Positions 40,142 through 50,715 of a stretch of 64,000 nt of DNA are shown here, one piece after another. The translations under genes were made by a program, and so were the position numbers. Every line of letters begins with the position of its first letter. Position 1 is the stretch's first letter. Below the pieces are notes generated by a model that made no database searches, was not told the origin of the DNA, and was given only the letters and a program-made list of their open reading frames with translations. Source of the DNA: a virus; the IMG/VR virus record IMGVR_UViG_3300009709_000003, positions 96,709 through 160,708 of that record. One strand, 5' to 3'.

Positions 40142-40624
40142 TTATTGTTGCTCCGTATTTACGTTAAATCTTTTAGGATAGTTATTTGCTAACTTATTTA
40201 AGTTTGCCAAAGCATCATTCACAGCAATGCGCAATTTGCTCATGGCGTCTTGACTATCTGAGGACACCACCACCGCACCCTGGCACTCGTAATACTTTAG
40301 ATACATAGATTTACGCATATCAGTGTAGATAATAAGTGGAATATTAAATTCAGCTGCGGTAGCGATCTCAATCGGCGTGCCAACAGAAGGACTTTTAGAA
40401 GAAATGTAAGCAACCACCAAATTTGACTCTCTGAGAGCATTCATGTTTACGTTGTAAACAAATTCCACAGCCGTATTATCAATTACGGACCCAACAGTAA
40501 AAGCTTCTGCCGGGTTGTAAAACACTGTTTCGGGATTGGCGGTAAGGATGTATTCCTTTAATTTATCTTTCCAAGACTGTTTTTCATTATTGTAATCAAT
40601 AGGTCCTGCAGTATAAATAACCAT
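40142..40624 (-). CDS. nucleoside 2-deoxyribosyltransferase / dNMP N-glycosidase-like protein
   Basis: IYTAGP, YNPA, SVGTPIE (catalytic Tyr/Glu positions); start at 40624. Confidence 0.78.
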   Translation of the reverse strand: MVIYTAGPIDYNNEKQSWKDKLKEYILTANPETVFYNPAEAFTVGSVIDNTAVEFVYNVNMNALRESNLVVAYISSKSPSVGTPIEIATAAEFNIPLIIYTDMRKSMYLKYYECQGAVVVSSDSQDAMSKLRIAVNDALANLNKLANNYPKRFNVNTEQQ

Positions 40625-40625
40625 C

Positions 40626-41198
40626 TTATTTCCTAAGTCCCAACAGTTTTGCAAATTGTTTGACAGCATAACCTAAATCGTCATTTACTATCATATAGTA
40701 GGGTATACCCACCTGGTTCATGCGTAGTTCCATTTTATAATTCTCAGCTACTTGTACATCTATTTTCTTCTTAATAAAGAACTCGGCATCTTGCTCGTCA
40801 CGCATACGCAACTTAGCTCTCGACACCAAATCGGAAGCTGTAATGTTAATTACACATCCGTGCAGTTCTGTACCAACAAGCCCGTGGTTCAGAGCCCAAT
40901 CCAGTTGATCTACTGATCGTGGAAAACCATCAAGAATTATCAATTCTGCACCATGATTCCACATATACTCAATTTTTTCAAGGATTAGTGCACGTAAAAT
41001 ATCTTCCTTGGGGTATAAATACCCATTTCGCATGTGTTCAAAATCTTCTGGTGTGGATATTGCACGTACTATATCACCAGTACGAATAACCGTCATTAAC
41101 TCTTTAGATGCCTCTACTACCGCATTTACAACAGTAGATTTACCTGCTGCTGGAGGCCCATTTACAAATATGATACCCTTTTTATATCTCATGATCAA
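40626..41198 (-). CDS. adenylate-kinase-family NMP kinase
   Basis: GPPAAGKST, TGDIVR, LDGFPRS..Q. Confidence 0.9.
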   Translation of the reverse strand: MIMRYKKGIIFVNGPPAAGKSTVVNAVVEASKELMTVIRTGDIVRAISTPEDFEHMRNGYLYPKEDILRALILEKIEYMWNHGAELIILDGFPRSVDQLDWALNHGLVGTELHGCVINITASDLVSRAKLRMRDEQDAEFFIKKKIDVQVAENYKMELRMNQVGIPYYMIVNDDLGYAVKQFAKLLGLRK

Positions 41199-43861
41199 CC
41201 CATACCGTTGCCAGCTTTGTAAAAAGCCATTCTTTCTTTCAAGCTAGCGGCTTCTATCAAACGTAGATTGGAAGTAGCTTGATCGTCCGACAGAAAAATA
41301 TCAATTTTTGCATCGCTTGCACCATGACGCAATTTAGGAATAGAAATCATGCGATTACCTACCTGAGCTGAGTCATCAGTAGGACGTTGACGCGGTTTTT
41401 GAATCTCTATAAGAACATCCGCATCTTGTGCCACTTTATACGAACCACCAATTGCTTCCGAACCATGTTGATCACCTGATCGATTGCGTTGAGCTACAAC
41501 AATACACCCAAGCTGCATACCAAGCGCAACCTTATTTTTCATAATAGTTGAAGCTTCACCAATAACCTGATCCCTAGACATACCGCGCTGATCATTAGAC
41601 GCGGACACCAATTGAATGTAGTCCCAAACTACACCAGTTAGCTTATATTTAAAATGGTAGTCCTCAATGGTCGCCAAAATCTCATCAATAGTTCCATGTA
41701 CTGGTTGATAGGAGTACAACCCGGAAGTTGCAACACGTTCTATTGCATTGTGCACAATACCAACTTGGTCGTTATTTAATTGTCCCTTAATAATGGCTCG
41801 ATTAGATATGCCCGTCATGATGGACACCATGCGCAAGCCATTATCTTCTGTTGTCATTTCCTGGTTGATCCACAGCCATTTTTCACCTTTATCCATCACC
41901 AAAGGTGTAATGATGTTCATAGCCAACAAAGATTTACCAGCACCCGTAGAACCGGCAATTACCACGTCATGGCCAGGAGATATGCCGTTTATGGCTTGGC
42001 ACAAAGCGGGTAGAGTAGCGGAAAAATCTGAGCCCATAAATGCGCCACCAGATTGAATACGCTTCTCTATAGACTTAGCCAGTAGATTACTAATTTCCTC
42101 AGGAGTATTGGCTTGGGTGTAAGTAGCTTTCGACTTAGCCGTCAAGTTTTTCCTGTGTTGATCCACAACGACATTAAAATCGAGTTGTAGATTTTTTACA
42201 CGTTTCCCAAGAACTTCTGACTCTCTAAGAGCCACGCGCCGCTTGTGCAAATCTAAAACAATAGTGGTAGCGACATCAACTGCATACTTAGGTGTAATGT
42301 CTAGAATGCCAGCAACAGTATCTGTAATGGTTGGGTCAGGATGTTTTTGTACCAAATAATCTATAATGTTTTGAGGAGTATATTGATCTCTATACCGCTC
42401 ATACACATATACCGTAGACAACCAACACTTTTTGTGGTGGTCAATTGCAAAAGTTTCGTCTGAGACACCACGCGATAGCATGTTTGATAGGCCATGAGGG
42501 TCTAGAAACACATATTTCAAAACCGCTTGTTCGGCGTCCACACTAAAAAGTTCTGTCCTAGTAGCATGAATCTCAGCGACTATTTCATGTAGGGTTTCAA
42601 CGCTTAATTCCAAAGACTTAGCCAAGCGTGGCAAAATCAAATCAGTTTGTAGCGGCCCATGGTTAAAGAGCTTTGGTTTTATTGCCGTCAAAATCCCAAT
42701 TTTTTCATGGTCTGTAATATTGGCGCTATCAATATCATACGTATTATCCAGCCAAAACTCTAGAGGTAACCTACGGTCCGCCAACATTTTATCAACTGCA
42801 TTTTTACCTCCAACACGCCATACCTCATGTGGATCTATGTCCAAAGGGGGCCGTGAGATTGTTACATACTTATCATGATACCATTCCATTTGATCGACAA
42901 CTTTTAAAGATTTAGACCATCCGGTCTCATCCCCATCTAGACAAATATTGAATTTGTCTACACCGTTGCGAATAAGGGCGGCAACCTGCTCCTCGCGTAC
43001 TTCACTACCCATAATAGCTACAGCACCAAGAGCAATTGCGTCTCTAAACCCTTCAACCATAGTCACACTATTAGTCGAATTGATGGAACGATTGATCTGT
43101 GAAAAACCATAAACTACGCTTAGATCTGCTAGCGGATGAGTAGCTTTATTTCCAATGTATTTAGATGTACCATAGTGCAGATTTCCATCGGCTAACTTGG
43201 TACGGAAACCAATTACTTCATTGTGATAATTATGAATTGGATATACAACCACATTACCGAATAGGTCCTGTCTAGAAAACTCCAAATCGCGAATTTCATC
43301 CTCAGTTAACTTAATTTTCTCCAATAAAGCGTGCACCAGTGCGTCACGAGAAGGACAATAGCCAACCTTATATGGCGCTATTTGCTCTAGCGTGAACCCA
43401 GACCTGGTAAGAAAGTCCTCACGAATCTGTGGGTGACCCACAAGCCAATCATGCATAATGTCCGCAGCATACCGATTAGCATCAACGTACCGATCACGTT
43501 GAGTGGCCATACGAATGGCTTCTGGTGACTTAAACTTATCTAGATTAATATGAAACCTATTAGATAGGTGCAATACAGCTTCAATAAAAGTAAGCTTATG
43601 CCAGATCATCACCCATTTAATGATGTCTCCATAATGACCTTCTCCACCATAATCCTTGAAACGCTTACGCTCAATATCAACTTTGAATGAAGGAGTGTTT
43701 TCCTCACGAAATGGCGAATTGCACACATAGCGTGAACCGCTAGCCTCAGTGGACCACTCCACGTGCGGTAAATCTGCTTGAATAAGATCGAGAATATCTA
43801 TCTTGTCACGCAGAATGTTGCATGCACCAGGCATGTCGGTAAACAGTTTTTGGCTCGTCAC
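41195..43861 (-). CDS. fused DnaG primase-DnaB helicase
   Basis: SPFREENTPSF; TOPRIM VEGFRD...DGDETG; helicase GSTGAGKS, EMT, DYIQL, AQRNR, QDAD, KLRHG. Confidence 0.93.
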   Translation of the reverse strand: MTSQKLFTDMPGACNILRDKIDILDLIQADLPHVEWSTEASGSRYVCNSPFREENTPSFKVDIERKRFKDYGGEGHYGDIIKWVMIWHKLTFIEAVLHLSNRFHINLDKFKSPEAIRMATQRDRYVDANRYAADIMHDWLVGHPQIREDFLTRSGFTLEQIAPYKVGYCPSRDALVHALLEKIKLTEDEIRDLEFSRQDLFGNVVVYPIHNYHNEVIGFRTKLADGNLHYGTSKYIGNKATHPLADLSVVYGFSQINRSINSTNSVTMVEGFRDAIALGAVAIMGSEVREEQVAALIRNGVDKFNICLDGDETGWSKSLKVVDQMEWYHDKYVTISRPPLDIDPHEVWRVGGKNAVDKMLADRRLPLEFWLDNTYDIDSANITDHEKIGILTAIKPKLFNHGPLQTDLILPRLAKSLELSVETLHEIVAEIHATRTELFSVDAEQAVLKYVFLDPHGLSNMLSRGVSDETFAIDHHKKCWLSTVYVYERYRDQYTPQNIIDYLVQKHPDPTITDTVAGILDITPKYAVDVATTIVLDLHKRRVALRESEVLGKRVKNLQLDFNVVVDQHRKNLTAKSKATYTQANTPEEISNLLAKSIEKRIQSGGAFMGSDFSATLPALCQAINGISPGHDVVIAGSTGAGKSLLAMNIITPLVMDKGEKWLWINQEMTTEDNGLRMVSIMTGISNRAIIKGQLNNDQVGIVHNAIERVATSGLYSYQPVHGTIDEILATIEDYHFKYKLTGVVWDYIQLVSASNDQRGMSRDQVIGEASTIMKNKVALGMQLGCIVVAQRNRSGDQHGSEAIGGSYKVAQDADVLIEIQKPRQRPTDDSAQVGNRMISIPKLRHGASDAKIDIFLSDDQATSNLRLIEAASLKERMAFYKAGNGMG

Positions 43862-44790
43862 TTTTTATCACCTTTTGATTTCATTAATTCGCGCATCTTG
43901 CGTTCCGACATATTATTAGAACCAAACTTCCAAGTCGGTTCAATCTCAGGCATGGTAGATTTTGCCATTAATATAGTTCCATCTTCCGCAACCGTAGTTG
44001 CTGGGATACTAGCAAAATCTCTTATATAGTTTAAATCTTCTCTAAATTGGCGTACACGTTCTTCCAACTCTGCTTTCGATATCGGGCGTTCATTTAATCT
44101 GTTATTAACCTCTTCATACAACTTTTGCGTTTTCTTGAGGCCGTCAACATCGGCTTGATGTTGCATTTGTTCAATTTGATATTGCTCTTTATATTTATGT
44201 TTAAGTATGCCACAATTTGCATATTGTGCGTCAGTAGCTTTACTTAAAATTTGTTGTATAACTTGTACACCCACCTGGTCGTTTGACACGTTCCACAAGA
44301 AATACAAATCACTATACGTACAGTCCGCCGCCAACCAAGATGTAACATCATTGTAAAGGCGGTGGAAAGTAAAATTATTTTTAACTCTATCCGGCTGAAG
44401 CGGATCCGTACGTGGTATCTTTATAAGTTTATACCAAAACTCCGGTGCCGCAAGAGCTACTTGTATGTAGTCTACACTAGGGTTGCGTAAAGTTCCAGCC
44501 TTTATATCTCTAAGAGGAGCATTCTTATCATATGCTTTAGCTGTACGATTCGTAATGGCAGTCATAATACTCTTAGGACTGGCATATAATACTGCTATCT
44601 CATAATAAATTGGATCAAATCGTTCATCTACCTCTCGATTAAAATATTTACCAGCTTGCGGATCGGTAGGTCGAGTGCCAACATACCAATGATAAGACGC
44701 CACCACCAAACTTTCTATTAATTCACGAGCATCACGGCTCATCACTCGTCTAAGTTTAGCAGGCGATATGATTGCTTCCACTAAATTCAA
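43858..44790 (-). CDS. hypothetical protein
   Basis: 310-aa ORF translationally coupled to the primase-helicase gene. Confidence 0.6.
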   Translation of the reverse strand: MNLVEAIISPAKLRRVMSRDARELIESLVVASYHWYVGTRPTDPQAGKYFNREVDERFDPIYYEIAVLYASPKSIMTAITNRTAKAYDKNAPLRDIKAGTLRNPSVDYIQVALAAPEFWYKLIKIPRTDPLQPDRVKNNFTFHRLYNDVTSWLAADCTYSDLYFLWNVSNDQVGVQVIQQILSKATDAQYANCGILKHKYKEQYQIEQMQHQADVDGLKKTQKLYEEVNNRLNERPISKAELEERVRQFREDLNYIRDFASIPATTVAEDGTILMAKSTMPEIEPTWKFGSNNMSERKMRELMKSKGDKK

Positions 44791-45185
44791 AATTCAACCT
44801 TCCATCTAGGTGTAAATGGAATATCTGAAGCAGACGTCTCAGTGATATTGTCAATATAATATGATTTAACATGGTTTAGTGATTGTTCAACTGCGTAAAA
44901 CAACACGCCACTTTTACCATTACGCAGTGAGTAAGGTTCCACCAATCTCTTTGTACCATTGTACTTTATATATACCATTCTGAGCCGTTGAGCCGATTTA
45001 CGAATGGTAGCAAGCTTATTGGCGGCCTCCATATATGGTTGCGTATCAGACATCTGAGTTACAGGTTCTGCCGGCGCAACATCTTTTTCCTGAATAGCAG
45101 GAAGCGTATGGTGAATACTCTGAGGAGTGATCGACGGGGTTAAACGTCGAACGGTGTCAACGATACGATCAAACAGTTTACTCAT
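44787..45185 (-). CDS. stand-alone WYL-domain protein
   Basis: IKY....RLVEPYSL......FYA.......KSYYIDNI......F.PR. Confidence 0.75.
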   Translation of the reverse strand: MSKLFDRIVDTVRRLTPSITPQSIHHTLPAIQEKDVAPAEPVTQMSDTQPYMEAANKLATIRKSAQRLRMVYIKYNGTKRLVEPYSLRNGKSGVLFYAVEQSLNHVKSYYIDNITETSASDIPFTPRWKVEF

Positions 45186-45709
45186 TTATTTACATACTCT
45201 AAATATTCGCGAGATGGTACGATACCTTGTTGACCTTGATACTTACCGTTGTATGCTGGTCCATCTCCAATGACTTCATAAAAGTAGATCTGGGCAATCC
45301 TCATATTAGAATAAACACGAATAGGATGAGATGCTACTATTTCTAATGTCCAAGTGCCACTCCATCCGATGTCTCCAAATCCAGCGGTTTGATGAATCTG
45401 TAGTCCAAGTCTACCAATCGAACTGACACCCGATAGACATGGAACATATTTCTTAGAACCAGTAGTTTCTGTAGTATAGCCCAAATATAAAACACCCTGC
45501 TCAAGTACATATCCATCATCTGGTATGGTAATAATCTCATATGGGTTGCGCGATTTTGGGTCAATTACACGCTGTGTGTAAACGGACAGCTGAGATCCTA
45601 AATGGAGATTATATGAATTGGGGTTTACTTTCGTAGGATCAAAACCCGTAATTTCGATATCACCTTTATTTACAGCCTCTGCAATTGCATTTCCACTTAG
45701 CATTGCCAT
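45182..45709 (-). CDS. dcd: dCTP deaminase
   Basis: NPNSYNLHL, SSIGRLG, AGFGDIGWSGTWTLEI, IAQ, YNGKYQGQ. Confidence 0.93.
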   Translation of the reverse strand: MAMLSGNAIAEAVNKGDIEITGFDPTKVNPNSYNLHLGSQLSVYTQRVIDPKSRNPYEIITIPDDGYVLEQGVLYLGYTTETTGSKKYVPCLSGVSSIGRLGLQIHQTAGFGDIGWSGTWTLEIVASHPIRVYSNMRIAQIYFYEVIGDGPAYNGKYQGQQGIVPSREYLEYVNK

Positions 45710-45717
45710 TTACAACC

Positions 45718-47160
45718 TCAACCTAAAACTATCGCGTTTTGTGCTATATATTGTGATCTTCTAAAATCAGCATGATTATGAAGCATCGGAACGTTATCAA
45801 CTATGTCAATCACCAAACCAACATCCTTACCAGGAAAAGAACGTACTACACGACCTATAAGTTGTCGAGCGTCTTTAGATGGGTATGCAAGAACGAGAGC
45901 GTTCAAAGAAGGTACATCTAGTCCATAAGCACCGATGTCGGATATAACAACTAAAAGTTCTTTCTTAGTAAGAGCTTGCAGAATTTCCTTACGTTCATCG
46001 GATGGGGTAGATCCGGTCAAGGTTGCAGTCACCAGATCATCCATTGCCTCAGCTAACTGCTTGCCGTAATCTAGTCGCTGATAGTATATGTAAACACTTT
46101 TACCCATATTAACTAGTTCACGAACTTGATCCGCTATAAACTCCGTACGTTCGGGGTTGTCAAGCACTTGAGTGTCTACGATGTCCTTATATGACAATTG
46201 TTCATACTGACCATACTTAGAAGGAGAGAAATCTTCATACGCCTTAACAGTGGGTGCTTCTACCATCCTAACGAACAAAGGCACATTTACGCCCAATTTA
46301 ATAAAGTCAACCTTATCACGTGTATCAATTGCTACTTGTCCGAAATTGGCTTCGATCTGCAAACTTTCAGAAGCCTCTTCGTCTGTAGACCACACATACG
46401 GTGTGGCAGTTAAACCAATATATTTTGCAGCATTCACCAACTCGCACACGCCATTCACCGAATGCGAATCAGCGCCGTGAGCTTCATCAAAGATGAACAA
46501 TTGAACAGTTGATAACCATGCACGTAATTCTGGCGCTTTACCAGTAGCTTTCTGTTTCTTCCCTACACCTAGAATAGATGATATCGACTGAATGGTTGCA
46601 ATAGTCACATCTTTAAGTGTGAATTCTCCAGAACCAACTATACCAACTCCACCAGGAACAATCTTATCCATAAAATCAAAGGTCTGGTCGAGCAAAGTAC
46701 GAGTATTGACAATTATCAAAGATACGGTCTGATATTTTTTTAACATCAAAGCCATCATCCACGTTTTACCGCTACCTGTAGATGAAACGACCATGCAATG
46801 ACTATGCGGTTCTGTACACTCAGCTGCTTCTATTTGATAGGGATGTGGCGTGCCGTTAAGTTTAATAGCCGCTAGTTGCTTACATACAGGTGTGATTTTA
46901 GGTAGTGTACCCAACAATTTATATTCAATTTGTACACTATCCAAATAGTGCGTAACCCTTTTAAGCAAACCAGTACGAAACGTGTAATCTGTACCATTCA
47001 ATAAATGATTGTACCCATCCCACTGTTTACGTTTGTACAAATAAGCAAATTTATATCCGTCAGGACGATATCTGAGTTGTTTACGCAGAGCTGTAATTAA
47101 ATTGGCATCAATCGGTCTCTGGAATTTACAAAAAACCGGCCCAATTTCAATATTTATCAT
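45718..47160 (-). CDS. superfamily 2 DExH helicase (UvsW/XPB-like)
   Basis: TGSGKT, DEAH, GLTATP, GLDVP, QLIGRVVR. Confidence 0.92.
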   Translation of the reverse strand: MINIEIGPVFCKFQRPIDANLITALRKQLRYRPDGYKFAYLYKRKQWDGYNHLLNGTDYTFRTGLLKRVTHYLDSVQIEYKLLGTLPKITPVCKQLAAIKLNGTPHPYQIEAAECTEPHSHCMVVSSTGSGKTWMMALMLKKYQTVSLIIVNTRTLLDQTFDFMDKIVPGGVGIVGSGEFTLKDVTIATIQSISSILGVGKKQKATGKAPELRAWLSTVQLFIFDEAHGADSHSVNGVCELVNAAKYIGLTATPYVWSTDEEASESLQIEANFGQVAIDTRDKVDFIKLGVNVPLFVRMVEAPTVKAYEDFSPSKYGQYEQLSYKDIVDTQVLDNPERTEFIADQVRELVNMGKSVYIYYQRLDYGKQLAEAMDDLVTATLTGSTPSDERKEILQALTKKELLVVISDIGAYGLDVPSLNALVLAYPSKDARQLIGRVVRSFPGKDVGLVIDIVDNVPMLHNHADFRRSQYIAQNAIVLG

Positions 47161-47336
47161 TTGTATTCACATGCGGTTTCATATCTGCATCACTAAATAT
47201 CGGTGATAAGTGTGGAATCACGATCAGATCACCGGATACTGTACCGAACATACCATGACGTATGATATCCAAATACAATGCTCTATTTTGTTTGTCCGCA
47301 ATCATTCTTCGCTTTTTCTTTATCCGCTTATTCATG

Positions 47337-47732
47337 CTAATACCCGTACACGTCTCTGCTTTTATTGTCTGATAAAGTCGTGGTCAACATTCGAGACGCG
47401 GAAGCGTATAGAGCATCTAATGCGTAAATAGTACGTAACAAAATTTCACTTGCAGCTTCTAGATCCTTATGCTTACTTTCTGAATACCCATCAGACTTTT
47501 CTGATTTTGCGATCTTCATAGTATAATATGCTGAATAAACAATCAAGTATAGAGAAGTAACGAAAGCTTTATTGTTAGCGTAAACCGGCAAAAGAGGCGC
47601 AATTTCTTGCGAATACGCTGTGTGGTTTGCCGAATATTGAGGTAGAGGTGATGCCAATACCGTACTATTCAGGTAAGTTGCTACTTCATGTGAAGATTTG
47701 TTCAAAACATTTAATACCGTAATGTGTTCCAT
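47337..47732 (-). CDS. hypothetical helical protein (UvsY-like position and size)
   Basis: 131-aa helical ORF between the resolvase and the SF2 helicase. Confidence 0.4.
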   Translation of the reverse strand: MEHITVLNVLNKSSHEVATYLNSTVLASPLPQYSANHTAYSQEIAPLLPVYANNKAFVTSLYLIVYSAYYTMKIAKSEKSDGYSESKHKDLEAASEILLRTIYALDALYASASRMLTTTLSDNKSRDVYGY

Positions 47733-48269
47733 TTACTTCCACAGTTCTGGTGCTGTCTTGACCATGTCTGAAAGCGACCACAAATATATAGTACTACCTT
47801 TATCTCCAGGTAATGTCATCAACTTTAAATTTGCAGCCTGTGGCGGTACCACATCTTTGGATGCTACAAATTGTTGACCAGCATGTGCAAATATTACCCA
47901 GGGTACTTTATCTGGAGCGCAGTCACGACACGATTGTTCAAACCACTGATACATCAACGGGTTAGTGGAAACTAATACCTGGTGAACACCCACGAATGTA
48001 CGTACATTCTTGCATTCGATATGGTATTTAAAAGATGGATCATTGCAAGCTAAATCACCTGCCATATCGAAACCATTTTTTAAAGCAGACCCCCCAGATT
48101 GGGGGGTGCGCCTAAACTGTGATCCATTACCCCACCAAGTCTCTAATTTTTTAGCTACAGTACGCTCAAAACTCGCTCCACGAGCACGATTTGATTTACC
48201 AACCTTGCTCTGTACTTCGTGCTTTGACGGCTCAAAAATATGTTGACAGTCGGGGCATTGTAAACGCAT
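47733..48269 (-). CDS. Holliday junction resolvase (PD-(D/E)xK, Hjc-like)
   Basis: RGASFER..A, RTPQSG, GDL, IECKN. Confidence 0.82.
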   Translation of the reverse strand: MRLQCPDCQHIFEPSKHEVQSKVGKSNRARGASFERTVAKKLETWWGNGSQFRRTPQSGGSALKNGFDMAGDLACNDPSFKYHIECKNVRTFVGVHQVLVSTNPLMYQWFEQSCRDCAPDKVPWVIFAHAGQQFVASKDVVPPQAANLKLMTLPGDKGSTIYLWSLSDMVKTAPELWK

Positions 48270-49441
48270 TATGCAGAAGCTTCTTCCTGATGAAAGGCCA
48301 TTCCACCATTTTTACCAATAGCTGCCAACACCAAAGTACGGATCTCACCCAACAAAGCAGGATTCGCACGTAGTTGCTTCAACAGATCAGTACGTCCATT
48401 AGCCTTAACTTTGCCAAATGTGAACCAAGAAGAATTCTGCGCAATAACACCAACTCTGATACCAGTTTCCATGTAATCTTTCAGAATGTCAACACCACGA
48501 TTGTAGTTTACACCTTCTTCATCCTGAAACTGGTCCGTGTACACATCAATGCTAAAATGAAATGATTCACCTGGTTGATAAGGCGGAATAACCGCAGTTT
48601 TGTTCTTCTTGATACGAATACCACAAGAAACACCAACCTTCTTTTCAACAAATTCTCCGGTGTCCATAAGCACTTGTTTCAGAATCGGTTCAGTACGCGC
48701 CACATGGAAAATATTGGAAGCGAAAAAACCGAGAGCATTACCACCAGTTGATCCTTCCTTCTCTTCATATGGCTTGGTCATAGGTTTACCACGCATCTGA
48801 TTAATGAACGCTACAATACTACCACTAGAGTTCACCAGTGGTGTAATTGCAGTTAATCCTTCAGCCATCAATTGAGCAGAGGTAGCCTTTTGACCCTGAC
48901 CAACTTCATTAGACATAACCTGCTTGGGTGTCAATGCCGGACAAGAATCCACAATAATGAAATCTACTCCATTACGCACCAACATTTTGATGGCTTCAAA
49001 ATAGTCTTCACCAGACAAAATCCGATCTGGAGTAGACTTAACCACCACAAGTTTGTCCCATTGAATACCAGCAGATTCCGCAAAGGGCCTACTTAGTGTA
49101 CCCTCCGCGTCAAGAAATGCAACCACTTTGTTGACTTCTTGCCCTTTACTATTGATTTTTGTACACCGCTGAATGTATCCAGCGATTGTCATCATAGTGA
49201 GAGTTTTACCAGATCCTTCCCATCCAGAGATATCAACAACACGACCACCAAGTAGTCCACCACAACCAAGTGCAAGGTCCATCGACAGAATGCCAGTCGA
49301 AACCACAATGGGATCAATCATAGCTGATATGTCTGCCTTGAAATACTCATTTAGCCCAGTACGCAGCGAGTCAACATCTCCATTCTGGACGATAGATATT
49401 GCATCTGCGTCCTTCTTTTTCGCTTTTTTAAAGTCTACCAT
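48269..49441 (-). CDS. recA: RecA/UvsX recombinase
   Basis: STGILSMDLALG.GG..GR, GWEGSGKT, FLDAE, IVDS, FINQMR, TGGNAL.F. Confidence 0.95.
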   Translation of the reverse strand: MVDFKKAKKKDADAISIVQNGDVDSLRTGLNEYFKADISAMIDPIVVSTGILSMDLALGCGGLLGGRVVDISGWEGSGKTLTMMTIAGYIQRCTKINSKGQEVNKVVAFLDAEGTLSRPFAESAGIQWDKLVVVKSTPDRILSGEDYFEAIKMLVRNGVDFIIVDSCPALTPKQVMSNEVGQGQKATSAQLMAEGLTAITPLVNSSGSIVAFINQMRGKPMTKPYEEKEGSTGGNALGFFASNIFHVARTEPILKQVLMDTGEFVEKKVGVSCGIRIKKNKTAVIPPYQPGESFHFSIDVYTDQFQDEEGVNYNRGVDILKDYMETGIRVGVIAQNSSWFTFGKVKANGRTDLLKQLRANPALLGEIRTLVLAAIGKNGGMAFHQEEASA

Positions 49442-49467
49442 AGTAGCCTCCTATTTTTAGGGTAAAA

Positions 49468-50715
49468 TTACGCGTTTGCGCGAACTTTCAAGGCTGCTAC
49501 CAGCTTTTGAAGCGTTGGGGCGTCGGCGTCTGCGATATTGGCACTACCAATGGTATTAACAAAAAACGGCAACAAATTCTGCACCATGCCCATTGGTCCC
49601 TGAAACTCAGGGATAACAGTGCACAACCCATTAATCTCTTGCATTAGGCTATTTTTATCGACGCTAGAGGTTGCAGTGTCATCCCCCTCAGAGCCTTCAT
49701 CCGCCTGCAATTCTTCGATCGCTTCCTTTAATGACTTCTCAGAACGTTTCAACACGTTCAAGTATGCCGGTGAATTAGCTTGGATCCAACCAAGAGTTTT
49801 ACCACTATGTTTACCAGTCGTGACCACGATATCTCGTGGGTGCGGTGGCGGTGGCACAAAAGCTGTTGCGGCCACGTTTGGTGGAAACACCGGTTGCACC
49901 TGTACAGGAACACTTACAGTAGCTGGCATGATAGATGATCCAGGCTGCTGAGTTGTTTCCATAACTGTGTGAGTCATAGCCCTAGGAACAGAAACCGGTG
50001 TAGCTTCTTCTGTGGGTTGATCTCGACCACTAGACTTGAAAAATTGTGACGTAGGCAGTGCCGTCTGCGCTTGTTGCGGCTGAAAACTATTCGGAGCTGC
50101 ATTTGGCGACGTGCCAGCAACAAAAGTAATAAGATCCTCAATAGAGGAGAAGGGGTTAAGTGCTGCAATAGCCTGAGCCATAGACGCCTTGATTTTTTCA
50201 CCCAACATCTCACGACTGATAGGCGGATCAAAAGTGGTGGCGTCCATATTGGTGGCCACATACTCAGTGTCACGACCCGTACCTTTCTTGTACACTGACC
50301 AATCGCAAGCTGTGATAGAACGCCCAGTATCGTAATACTTTTTAAACTCAGTAAAAAGCTGATTACCTTGCACGATAACTTTCACATCGTTATCAGAGTA
50401 GGACCAAACCGGCAGCAAGTGCATCATTTTGCCCTTAAAATCAACCCGCGACCCATCCTGCTTAAACTTTTCGTGCGGCAACAATTTATCCCAAAGCGGA
50501 TCCTTCATGGTGTTAAGCGGATGTTGTCGATCGGCGTAAACTGATCGATACTTACGAATGGTAACTGGTTGCCCAGCGTCATTCTGTACAGTGCAAGAGG
50601 CAATGTTGCGCATAAAAAAAGATTCTACATCTGCAGTTAGTGGCCGAACCAGGCGCTTTTTATCAGAATTAATAGTATACTGTACGTTATTGCCGTCCAT
50701 TGATGAAAAACTCAT
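49468..50715 (-). CDS. gp32-like single-stranded DNA-binding protein with C-terminal extensions
   Basis: OB-like VKVIVQG...DWSVYKKGTGRDTEY; Pro/Gln linker; GKHSGKTL...PAYL motif; directly upstream of recA. Confidence 0.6.
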   Translation of the reverse strand: MSFSSMDGNNVQYTINSDKKRLVRPLTADVESFFMRNIASCTVQNDAGQPVTIRKYRSVYADRQHPLNTMKDPLWDKLLPHEKFKQDGSRVDFKGKMMHLLPVWSYSDNDVKVIVQGNQLFTEFKKYYDTGRSITACDWSVYKKGTGRDTEYVATNMDATTFDPPISREMLGEKIKASMAQAIAALNPFSSIEDLITFVAGTSPNAAPNSFQPQQAQTALPTSQFFKSSGRDQPTEEATPVSVPRAMTHTVMETTQQPGSSIMPATVSVPVQVQPVFPPNVAATAFVPPPPHPRDIVVTTGKHSGKTLGWIQANSPAYLNVLKRSEKSLKEAIEELQADEGSEGDDTATSSVDKNSLMQEINGLCTVIPEFQGPMGMVQNLLPFFVNTIGSANIADADAPTLQKLVAALKVRANA

